From Girardia tigrina (Eukaryota), in assembly GCA_001938485.1 (NCBI GenBank), contig MQRK01226612.1:1-60967 (forward strand): 60,967 nt of DNA. Reading direction: 5' to 3'. The position numbers and the translations under genes are program-made. Positions 42,438 through 53,039 of the stretch are shown piece after piece (the stretch's first letter is position 1; every line of letters begins with the position of its first letter). The notes under the pieces were generated by a model, which was not told the DNA's origin, searched no databases, and was given only the letters and a program-made list of their open reading frames with translations.

Positions 42438-43560
42438 TCAAATTCGTTCATCAGCTAATATATACTTTTTTCGTTTTGGTGTATGTTGATCTCTTCGAAG
42501 AAATTGATCATATAATTGATCAACTGATTTTTGCATCATACGCAATCTATCTATGAAGTTCCAAAGAAAAGGATGGTCTGCCCCGAATTCTCTATTCAAT
42601 TTTCTGTGGGCAGCTTCGGCAAAGTTATTGGTCCTAGATTCATTATTTATTGTTCTCAAATAACACGACCACATGGCCGGGTTGAAAAGAGGCTGGCGGC
42701 GTACATTATTACGCAGCATTCTTCCAATATAATAATCTTCAAAGTAATCTAAAATAGAAGTAAATTCTTGACTTAAACTATTACTCAAGACTCCAAATGA
42801 TCTTTCAAGTTCCTCTATTGGAACTGTGAGAAGTGGTTGCAACCTCAATATCAGGATTCATTTTTTTAAACGCCAAAATTTATTTATATAACAATTCACA
42901 TCTTTAAAACAAATTTTCCTGTTAATTTAATTATCTCGACCCAAATTAATCTATTAAATTCTTTTCGATTTAATTTTTAAAATCCTGAAAATTTATTTCG
43001 AAAATTTATTTCAAAAATTATTTAAACTTTATTTTCAAAATTTATTTCAAAGTTTTTTTAAAAATTACTTATTAAAAATATTTTTATTTATAAATAAATA
43101 TTTAATATTTTTGTTTTCTTGACATTTTTAATTTTAAGATATTTAATATATACATTAAAAGATATTTTTTTATTTTTAAAGAGATATTTTATTTTTTATG
43201 ATTTTCTTTAATTATATCATTTTTAATTTTTTGAAATATTTAAAAACACATTAAAAAATATTTTATTTTTAAAAACGTTTTTGATTTTGTAATAGTTGTT
43301 TTATTATATCATTTTTAATTTTAAAATATTGAATAAGCTTATTAACATAAAAATATTTTACCCTTTTAATTAAAAAATAATAAATTATTCAGGTGAGATA
43401 AAAAGTTTAATTAACCACTCATAGGAACAAAAGACCTTCGTCTACCAGTTTACGTCTTAAATTTTGAACTAAATGAAATAAACATCCTTGTACAGTAGCA
43501 TTAGGAAAAGCAGAAGAGAAAGCATTTATCACTGCAACCTCAAATGATATTGCTGTAGGG
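42438..43560 (-). pseudogene. MULE transposase C-terminal half, split by an AT-rich insert (~42860-43418)
   Basis: SFEVAVINAF..FPNATVQGCLFHLVQ; LDYFEDYYIG..WSCY..RTNNFAEAAHRKL..HPFLWNFI. Confidence 0.88.
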
Positions 43561-43574
43561 TGAACAATTTTCTT

Positions 43575-43720
43575 GTATTGAACAACGACAATTTGAGGAC
43601 AATGGTGGAAACAGATCCCCGTACAACAATCAGAGAACTTGCAGATGGGTTGGGCATTAGTCATTCAACAGTCCTGGATCATTTAAAACAACGTGGAAAA
43701 ATCAAGAAACTTGATAAACT
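43575..43720 (+). pseudogene. mariner transposase HTH fragment
   Basis: NLRTMVETDPRTTIRELADGLGISHSTVLDHLKQRGKIKKLDK. Confidence 0.8.
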
Positions 43721-46548
43721 CCAAAGACCTGCAAATTCACAGAAACAAAAGTTTATTAATCAAAGTACAGAAATATTGTTCTCTAAGTTGACTCAGTTTT
43801 CCACCTGGTCTTGTTCCTACTTCATGTAGGGCTACATTCAGAAGATCATAATTGCGATCACTAATATCCTTTAAATGGAAGCTGAATTTGCTCTTTCTAA
43901 CATGTACCGGATCAGTCAATTCAATTAATTTTGGACATTTTAAAAACTGTATCAGGTATCCCTTGTAGTTTGTTGATAGTGTTAAACCCCATGTTAATTG
44001 GTTTATTTGTGAAGTCTTTCTTATTCGCATTGTCTTTCTTTGTGAATAATTTGTTTGAGCAGCATCTATTTCTTCAGTTACTTGTTTAACGTTTCTAAAT
44101 GTTTTATCATCAATGTTTCACTTCATTTCAGCAGCAGCAGTTTGATTTTGTCATGACATCTAGAAATTTTGACAAAAAATATAATTTATGTACGGAGCGA
44201 AAAAAAACTCACCATTTTCTTAACAGGATTTTGAAATAATGACAGATGTCTGATTAGAAATCTAAGATATTGATTAGAATTCAAATTTGAATTGTAATCA
44301 ATTCGTTGACGTTCATTTTAAAGAAAACAAAATATATAAATGGTGGCATGGCTCTCAAAGAAAACCTTAACAAAAAACAAAGGTTTAATCAGTATAGAAA
44401 CAGAAATTGTGTTAGAACCAATTACCTGTTCAATCAGAACACAGACAAAAGTGGTATCAGATCCAATTACCTCTACATCAAGTCGAAAAATTATGAAGAG
44501 ATCCTGTTTTCCAGTTCAACCTCTCAGAATTGGTGTATGGAAAATATACCCATCACCACTTATTACATCACAGGGATTGAGAACAGTGACACTAAAAACG
44601 CTGAAGAAGAATGCCATATTAGTATGTAAAATACGTACCAACAAATTCACTATGGACCTAATTCAGCCTCTGTCATATAATGATTCAAACCTGAAATATC
44701 ACATAGCGGAAATCCGGAAAAATTCACGAATGACAGATCGGATAGAACAACTACCATCTGCATTTCTACAGATCCGGTTGAAATATGAGAATGAGCTCAT
44801 GGCAGCAATATAACAAATGATTAATATTCAGGTAAAAAAAATTAATTATTATTCGTAAAAACTATCCTTATCGTAGACACTGAACGCAATGTCGGCAATC
44901 AACTGGGAATTAATGGAAGGTTCATTATTGTTTCCTCCCTCATCAACGCCGAAAATCAATCGGAAAATGTGACCATTCCCATCGATGATAGAAATGCTCT
45001 AACAGTCTATCTCTTCGATATATTCTATGGTGGCTGAGAGATTAGAAGAGATGAATCTAGGTTATAAAAACATAACGACGAACCTCCTAGAAAACGTCTG
45101 TTAAATAGAGATGGAACAAATGATGCCCGAATTGCCACTAACCTGATATTGAAGGAAACATGTCAAAGACTGATATCTGACCAATGTGACATTTCGGATT
45201 TATTATCCTGTTAAGTTGCTTGTTGAAAACTATCAATTTGTGTACATATTCAATGACTTTTGTAAGTATTTATGTTGTGTTTAAAATATATGGTTATGAA
45301 TATATATCTTCATTCAAAACTTTTTATATATTGTACATATACAATATATTTGTTATATCTGAAATGTCATTTAAATAAATATTTGTCATAAATAATCATT
45401 TCACACTTGTCTACCTTCAAAACATTATAAACAACAACTTTTATTATATATAACATATAAAATATATTATACAAAAATTTATCAGATATAAAATATTCAA
45501 CAGTGCATTATGTTGACATTATGAATGCAATACGTTGACATGATGAATGCAATACTTTGGCATGACGATATAACCTTGGATACGGTCATTTTTCAAATGG
45601 TTATTAATATAATATTTACACACATTCGAAAAAGCACTAGGCATCGATATTTGTTAAATATCAAATATTAATTTAAATAATTATTTTAAGAATAGTTTGT
45701 TTTAATGTATTACTTTTAATACAAAGGTAAAAATTGAATATAAGGAACTCTCACAACGTAAGTAGATCTGATAGCCAGGGTAATCAGAACCGTTGCTATT
45801 GTATACTATAGGTTTTTTATATATAATATTAAAAGGTTATGTATCATGGTTACGGTCACCAAGGTACTTTTGATGGTTGATCAGGTACTTTAGCTGATTA
45901 TATAGATGTTATGTATAATGTCTGTGCACATTTTGAGCATAATAGGATTTTTATACATAGTTTTTACATATAATATAAAAGGTTATTTATCTTGGTTACA
46001 ATAACCAAGGAACTTGTGATTGTTAATGAGACGCATTAGACGATTCATGAGGTATTGTTTGATGGTAAATAACATACATATACCACTTGGGTTTCATATA
46101 TATATATACGAAAAAATTGATTTTAAGCACATTTTTGAGAATTTTATAAATATTGAAAAAAATTGATTTTTCAGCACTTTTTGAAAATGTTGATATGGAA
46201 TCGGAATGTACGTATATGGGTTTTTATTCAAGTCCATCAGCTTATTTTTGATATTCTGCTTTCTTGTGTCTTTAAAATCGATGTGCTTTTTGTGAAAAAT
46301 TTGCACATTATGTTAATTATAGTAAAAATTAATCAATAAAATGTGCATCAAACACATAATATTGATTTTTAACACTAGCACTTTAAAAAAAATATGTATT
46401 GATTTTTGCACTTTTGCATATGTGCAACCTAAAAAGCACTGTGCTAGTACATCTAAAATGTTCGGCACATTAAGCACTATCGATTAGAACTTTTAAAATT
46501 TCGATTACCATAATTGGGCACTGTGTAGCAATCGATTAGCACTTTTTT

Positions 46549-46927
46549 CTACAGTTGCTAAGGAAAAGGTCCCCGTTGCTATGGATACGGTTACTGTTAC
46601 CATGGTTACAACCACCTTGAGTTACTGTATCCATTGCTAAAGAAAAAAGTCCCTTGTTTGCTGCTGTTATGGTAACCGAAATTATTGCTGCTTAGGCTAA
46701 GGTAATAAAATTGTTGGTTCTAAGGTTGGTAAGGTAATCGGAACCGTTGCTAAGGTAATTGGAAGCATTGCTAGAGTAATCGGAACCATTGCCAGGGTAA
46801 TGAGAACAGTTTCTATGGTAACCGCGACCTTGGAAACTACCTCTCCACGTTTGCTGACCTACATCCGTTGCTATGGAAACCGGTAATCCATCGCTACGTT
46901 ATGGAATTTCGGCATCACTTCCCCCCC
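46549..46927 (-). repeat. Polypurine tract (46918-46927) and start of a putative 3' LTR with a ~21-bp tandem unit and X-box motifs
   Basis: Minus strand GGGGGGGAAG|TGATGCC; repeated GTTGCTATGGAAAC-like 14-mers. Confidence 0.6.
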
Positions 46928-47704
46928 GAGGGGAGGTCGGTAACATATAACTACCTTTTGTCATGGCTACAGACGCGTTTTCATTAGTTACTGTTATGAT
47001 TTACATAATGACCGAGAAATTTCACTGATTACCGTGACCTGTTGCCATGGGTACATCATTGTTGTCATGGAAACCTTGATTATTGGAAAAATTTTCGATT
47101 GAGGCCGAATTCTTATTTTCCCAATACTCATCATATAGAAATTTTAAAAATAACTTATAATTACATGTGTCATGTTCCCTTCTCTCAATAACATTTTCAT
47201 GGACTCTTAGCCCCCATCCGTTTTTTGAGTTCAACGGCAACTCTATCCTAAGGTTTATTTCCCAGTAGCTTAACTTTATCCTCTTGGGGAACAGACATGT
47301 CTCTTCCGCTCACATCAACAAGTTGTGTGTACATTGGAGCACCTTTGGGTCCTTCACCAGTACCGAGTATGACCCGACTGGTGGTCTCAGCTGCTGAGAG
47401 GTAGGTATCATTTCATGCTATCGTTATGGATTGTATTCACACGTTATCATTTTAAAATATGTGAAACGAAGAGAGCCCCAAAGAGATAAACTTCAGTCTA
47501 CCCGGTGCCCCTTGCATACTGCGACCAGCCTGCGTCACCTCCAAAAGGTTCCTCGCTCTTTTCTTTGATGGTATATTCATTGCTTGTACATATCCATTCC
47601 GGTGTTTGCACGTTCCCTTTGGATTCTAGGTACACTCGATTGTATTTGGTTATTAACCCATTAACACCGAACGGGAACATTCGTGCCCAGCTAATAAAAA
47701 TGAC

Positions 47705-48146
47705 TGTATTAAGAACAACAATTTGACTTTTTATATTTTTATTTAAACAACGATTTTGATTGTCCTCAAAACAATCTTTGTCAAAACTTTCGTACATTTG
47801 CATTCAAAGCGAAAATTGATTAAGGTTTAATTCTCATTACTTTTTTAGAAAATGGGGAAATAAATATTTAAATAAAATATTCACTAAAAACTTATTGGAT
47901 AATAATTAAAATGATAATTAATTATTTAAAAAATATTAATTTGATTTATTTATTAAATATTATAAAACTTAATTAACTTATTTAAAATTTTAAAATTATA
48001 TGAAATTAAAANNNNNNNNNNNNNNNNNATATTTTTAGATAATAAGAATTAAAATATTAATCATCCATCTGGGTAGGAGAGACACATTTCCAAATCAACA
48101 TACACATTCAAACACAAAACATCAAACATTCAAAATATTCCTCACA
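47705..48146 (-). mobile_element. Solo-LTR-like repeat (same family as 35296-35961) inserted into the element's 3' ORF
   Basis: Shared terminal ~100 bp; coding-like sequence resumes on both sides; no clean TSD. Confidence 0.55.
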
Positions 48147-49843
48147 GGCTGTAAAAGTAAAGACATTGTATTTAGCTATGTTTCGATGATAAGGTGTGTA
48201 CTTTGAAGGTTCAGAACGCATACGGAAGATGTTTTGTTTCTCTGTCACCAGGCATGCATGCGCAGTAGCCGGCTGACCTTGACCAAGAAAGGTCATGAAA
48301 AATTATGAAAAATTCATATTACATAATTCTCGGCATTAATGGGTTAATCTGTCCCATGAAAATTGGTGTATTGTAGCCTCGTTTATATTTATCAGGGTGG
48401 CTATTATCATGCTCGTCATCATCATTGTTGCTGTCCCATCAATGCATATTATGATTGTAACCATTATTATGGCGAACGCTATCACAGTAGTACCCCTATT
48501 ATGAGGACTGTCATGACGACGTTATTTCTGCTTATTTTCCGTGGCTGCATTTTCGAGGTTGTGGTTATAACTTTTGTCTGCTTTCGTCGTTTCCTTTGGA
48601 CCCATTGTTGTATTAAATAGTCTATTGGATCTTCGGTTTTTTGTTGTGACTTTCCTTCGACGTTTTTAATCGACAGATTACTTCTTTTCTGTATCCATTC
48701 TTTCTCATTGTTGGCAGGTTTAGGAACGTTGGATATTTTATAGAGGTAATTCTCTAACTTCAGTCCCTTCTGTTCGTATAAGGTCGTATACGGGTTTTCT
48801 CTATATGTACTATATTCATAATACATTTCGGTCCTTTTGTTATTGGGTCGGTCTGGTATCAACAAAGAATATTGTCCTGTAGTTTCTATTCCGACTTTCA
48901 TTCTTTTCTTTAATATATATTCTTTACAAGCTTTGTATATAGCTTTTTCGAAACTTCCTTGTACCTGGAGTGTCGCTAGCCAACTACTTTCATTCATCGT
49001 TTGTTTTGTTCATAATAAATAGGTCGGATTGTATCCTTTTTGCTCTCTTTCCGGGTTCGTGTCGAATTGCCAGGTGATTCTCTCCGTTGATGCTTCTAGG
49101 TGGTTGGCAACCGGGTATTACAATAGATTGTTATGCACCCAAAACTCGACATATTCTTAATATCGTTCTTTTACACTTGCCTGCATTGTGAATTTATTTA
49201 TATACTCGGGTGTTAAGGTTGCAGGTGATTCGTATCTTCCTTCCGTCCTTTCTTTCCAAATCACTATATTTCCTTTGCGGTCTTTTGTTGTCATAATTAT
49301 TACTTTATCATGATTCCTTGTCTCTTTGATTTTTAGATGTCGTCGATTCCAAACTAGCCGGAAATTTCTGAAAGTTTGAGTTCGATTCTCGTTGATATCT
49401 TGTTCTTGTACTTCTTGATTTTTTATCGTTTGAAGCCTTGTTTCAAATAATTGATATATCTATCTTCCAATCCTTCTATCATATCTTTTGATTTTAATAG
49501 TCGAGTCTCTTCCTTTCCTGTTCGGGATCTTTCTATTTAATAGACTTCATATCTCCCGTTTGTTTCTACAATATTGATTATTGGACTCCAACATTTTATT
49601 ATAGAGCATTATTATATGTTCTGAACTAGTTCTATTATTAAATCGATACACCGTCATATTTGAGTAATGTGATGCCATCATCCTTGTTGTTGCGAAGGGT
49701 ATTGAGCGATATACTATTCTGAAATTTTCTCCTTCTCGTAATAATGTTTGAAACCATATCTTTTGCTCATATATTTTTATATTGACTTCGATTTTTTGTA
49801 AGGTATGTCCACTAAAAAAGTGTACAAGTTTTAAAACCATTGT

Positions 49844-50521
49844 TTAAAACCAACAAGTGTCGTACCATCCGTCATATTCTTTCAGTTCTGCTTCGTAAGT
49901 ATCTCGTACCACTAATCCACTTTGACTCTCCCACATATATGACTCGCATGTGCCATCTTTGCCAATTATTCTTCCTGCTCGGTATATTTTTGTATAAGTG
50001 ATCGCGTTCGGGTTCGCGTCGATACTATCTGTTGCTGTTATAGTTAATTTCCTTGTAAAAAATGCATCTCTACAAACTACTCCCGTTTTTTGTTCTAGCA
50101 TTTTATCTAATTCATCTTCCAAGATCGATGACCAACTTCGATGTCCACAGTTGAATAAGACTCATTGCCTAAATACCGTACATTCTCGTATTTTTATCTT
50201 TTCGAACTCCGCCTCTTGATACACGTAATAATGGGTATTATTCGCGATGGAGATAAAGGCTAGTGGTTCTGCTTCCGGACATTCTTCGGTATCCAGTAAT
50301 GAGTATTGTTGCTTACCGATTTTCATAGTATCGCAGTCCCAACCCAATATTGCTTGTGCCACCGGTATTTGTGACAACAACGTTGCCAATATGAGCATTA
50401 GTTGTACGCTTTTGGTCTTCGTCCTTCCTCCCGCTCTTAGAGTACACAGCCCAGGCTGACCACTGGTCCACGCCAGAGATCCTCTATGATCCTCTGACGT
50501 CCTCAGCTTCGCAAGTCTCAA
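49844..50521 (-). pseudogene. Envelope-like glycoprotein N-terminal part, chuvirus G / class III fusogen-like; one in-frame stop at 50162-50164
   Basis: Signal peptide MLILATLLSQIPVAQA then ILGWDC..YSLLDTEEC..VYQEAEF..IRECTV..FNCGHRSWSS..CRDAF..GTC, the Cys/motif pattern I recognise from chuvirus-type glycoproteins; NNT sequon. Confidence 0.68.
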
Positions 50522-50974
50522 TTTTCAAACAACCTGATCATTGAAGCATGACTCTCCGTTGATGCTCTTTAACAAGTTATCATGGCTTGACTGTACATCG
50601 AGCCAAACGTTCTCTGTTTGACCGACCGGTGACCCAGTCGATAGCGATCCTGTTGTGTCACTTCACGACAGAACCGACGGTCTCATCCCCATTCGCCTTT
50701 GCTAACGGCATGGAAACCTTGACCGTTTTCACCGACCTCGCCTGTTCACCCCCAACTGTTACAGGGTTTAGTTGCAACCTGTCGGTTACGTACCACGTAT
50801 TGCCACTTAGTACGCGTCGTTGGTCAAGAGCAGTACGACAATACGCCGACTAGATGGTACCACAGTATGATGTTCATTCACCCTTTGTTGGACACAAGGG
50901 CCTTCAGTTCTATCCCCTGCACTATATAATCGATTTATCGTGCCCCCGGATAATTTCGAATCCACTGGCGCCTG

Positions 50975-52033
50975 TTAAGCGCTACCCTTTGAGGCGCCTA
51001 ACCTCTCTGGTAACGCTTGATTAATTTGTGGTGTTTCTTTGTTTCCTCTCGATCGCATTGTTTTCTTACACAACTCCTCTATTTGTTTCAACATTTCGTG
51101 GTTAAGCTCCTCGAAATCTTTCACTTTTTCGATGACATTTTCAATAAATTTCTCCCATCCTGCTAATCGGTTGATTCCTGGTTTTATGTAAGCTTTCCAA
51201 ACTACTGCTGCCGATTTTATTAACTTTTTTCGTCGTTGCTCGCTGCTTTGATCAAATTTATTCGATCCGTAAGATACGACGCATGCTAGTGCAACTCGTA
51301 ATCTGGTTTCCGTTTGTCCGTTATCTAAATATTCGGTTACTGATTTTTCGACATCTCTCTGAGTTCTATTCTTTATTTTTTGATCGATTATCCGGATAGC
51401 TTTTTCTAGACTTCTGTGTAGCGGGTAGCTTTTTGAAGGCATTTTTACTTGCTTTTCGTTGGATGTGTAACCTCTTAAGTCGCGCACATGGATATTTATC
51501 AAATCCGTGATCAGAATTTCCGTGAAATCTCCTTTGGCTTGTTCGTCTTGCGTTATCGCTGTTAATAATTCTAGTGTCATTTGCTTCTTCGACATCAGTT
51601 TTACTGTCACTGCTCCTTCAACTATCCCTTCTGGTTTATTTTCGTTCGTCTTCATTTTACTTCTTGGTAGCTTCCAAGTTTTTGTTGTTTGGGAGACTTG
51701 CTCGGAATATCTCTGATCATTATTCTGTGGATTAAGGTATTGATTCATTGTTGTCTGTCTTGGTGTCTTCGGTACCGTCAGTGGTGGAAATGAAGCAATT
51801 AATTCTTCAGTAGAGCTGTCTATATCCACAATTGGTCGTTCTCCCGACTTATTGAGTCTTTTCTCTGTCAATCGCATTGTTATATTCTTACTCTGACCTT
51901 CTCTCATCTTTGTCTCCAATATCTTTGACATATAATCTCGTATCAACCTCTTTTCCCTTTCCTCATGGTCCTTACCGTCTGCTTCACTGATAATTTGATC
52001 ATCTTCGTCGGTAATTATTTCAACTTCTTCCAA
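50975..52033 (-). CDS. Retroelement accessory polyprotein segment, unknown function
   Basis: 352-aa ORF overlapping the upstream ORF by a frameshift; ends ..LPERLGASKGSA. Confidence 0.55.
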   Translation of the reverse strand: MEEVEIITDEDDQIISEADGKDHEEREKRLIRDYMSKILETKMREGQSKNITMRLTEKRLNKSGERPIVDIDSSTEELIASFPPLTVPKTPRQTTMNQYLNPQNNDQRYSEQVSQTTKTWKLPRSKMKTNENKPEGIVEGAVTVKLMSKKQMTLELLTAITQDEQAKGDFTEILITDLINIHVRDLRGYTSNEKQVKMPSKSYPLHRSLEKAIRIIDQKIKNRTQRDVEKSVTEYLDNGQTETRLRVALACVVSYGSNKFDQSSEQRRKKLIKSAAVVWKAYIKPGINRLAGWEKFIENVIEKVKDFEELNHEMLKQIEELCKKTMRSRGNKETPQINQALPERLGASKGSA

Positions 52034-53037
52034 ATCAAACTTCTGTCAGATTCAATCGTTGGAGGTTTTAATATTGATTCCATTGTCGTCCGCTTAATGC
52101 GGTTGCCTCTGTCAGGATGCTCATTATCTTTCCGGAGAGTTGAAATTGTTGTCGGTTGAAATTCTCGGTATTCGTCCGCTGAATCTGTTGCGTTCTCCGC
52201 TTCTTCCTGATTGTCCACTACTAATGTCTTTTCTTTGATTAAAATCTTTATTAATTTCCGGTTTGATTTTGGGTGCAATTTTATTTCACCAACTTCATCC
52301 ATATTCACGTCTGTAGTTCCAACGTACACATCGTCGCCATATAATTTTCCGTTGATCACAATCTCATAATTGCCCTTATATCCCAGCAATGGCTTGATAT
52401 CATAGAGTTTTGGTGATCCGCCTTGAGTTTTCTTGGTGTCTCTTGTTTTCCTACTTTTACTTTCTTTTGCTTTGGAGGTTGTGGGTTCCTTCTTTTTCCT
52501 GACCATATTGATTTGCTTTTGCGTAGATTCGTCTCCACAATCGTCATTATCACTTTCATCGTCCGTCTTGTGATTCAGGACACAGCAATTTATCACATTT
52601 GTTCGTCTTCTTAAGATTTGCGGCCATATTACTTGTCCGAAATAGGTAAATATTATTTGTAGATCTCTCTCGTCCTCTATTATTGCTCTCTGAACGTCCT
52701 TGTAGTCTGCCACATCCTTGTTTTCGAATACTTTTATTCTATGAGTGTCCCATAGTCCATACGTGATAATCGGTTTACTGTCTGACTCCAATATTTTTCC
52801 TTGATAACACATTACCAAGTCCGGAAATTGACCTGTCGGTATAGCTGGGTCTTGAACGGTTCCATTTATTAATCCCTTCAGCTGGCGCATTGTGGTATCA
52901 CAACTCACGTTGAAAGTGTGATGTATGCTATTCGGTAGTCTCACGGTTATAATCGCTGACCCTTCCATTAACTGCTTCGATATTCTTTCAATCAGTTCCG
53001 CTATCATCTCTTCGGCTTCGGGTACTAAATGTCCCAC
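52015..53037 (-). CDS. Retroelement accessory polyprotein segment with integral ubiquitin-like domain
   Basis: ITVRLPNSIHHTFNVSCDTTMRQLKGLI...LVMCYQGKILESDSKPIITYGLWDTHRIKVF follows the beta-grasp pattern (cf. ubiquitin LIFAGKQLEDGRTLSDYNI); no di-Gly. Confidence 0.72.
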   Translation of the reverse strand: MGHLVPEAEEMIAELIERISKQLMEGSAIITVRLPNSIHHTFNVSCDTTMRQLKGLINGTVQDPAIPTGQFPDLVMCYQGKILESDSKPIITYGLWDTHRIKVFENKDVADYKDVQRAIIEDERDLQIIFTYFGQVIWPQILRRRTNVINCCVLNHKTDDESDNDDCGDESTQKQINMVRKKKEPTTSKAKESKSRKTRDTKKTQGGSPKLYDIKPLLGYKGNYEIVINGKLYGDDVYVGTTDVNMDEVGEIKLHPKSNRKLIKILIKEKTLVVDNQEEAENATDSADEYREFQPTTISTLRKDNEHPDRGNRIKRTTMESILKPPTIESDRSLIWKKLK

Positions 53038-53039
53038 GT

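Larger units (their letters stand above)
42215..46548 (-). mobile_element. MULE/Mutator-like composite element bounded by ~150-bp inverted repeats
   Basis: 42215-42365 is the reverse complement of ~46403-46548 (AAAAAAGTGCTAATCGAT..CACAGTGCCCAA..GTGCAAAAGTGCAAAA); transposase fragments inside; TSD not found. Confidence 0.7.

Noticed and set aside
46720-46830. Regularly spaced ~21-bp repeats as a CRISPR-like array
   Set aside because: Eukaryotic context, no unique spacers, no cas genes; it is a degenerate tandem repeat
52290-52370. INGKLYGDDVYVGTTDVNM has spacing like a retropepsin INGx7DTG motif
   Set aside because: The catalytic Asp-Thr is absent; too weak to call a protease without profile searches
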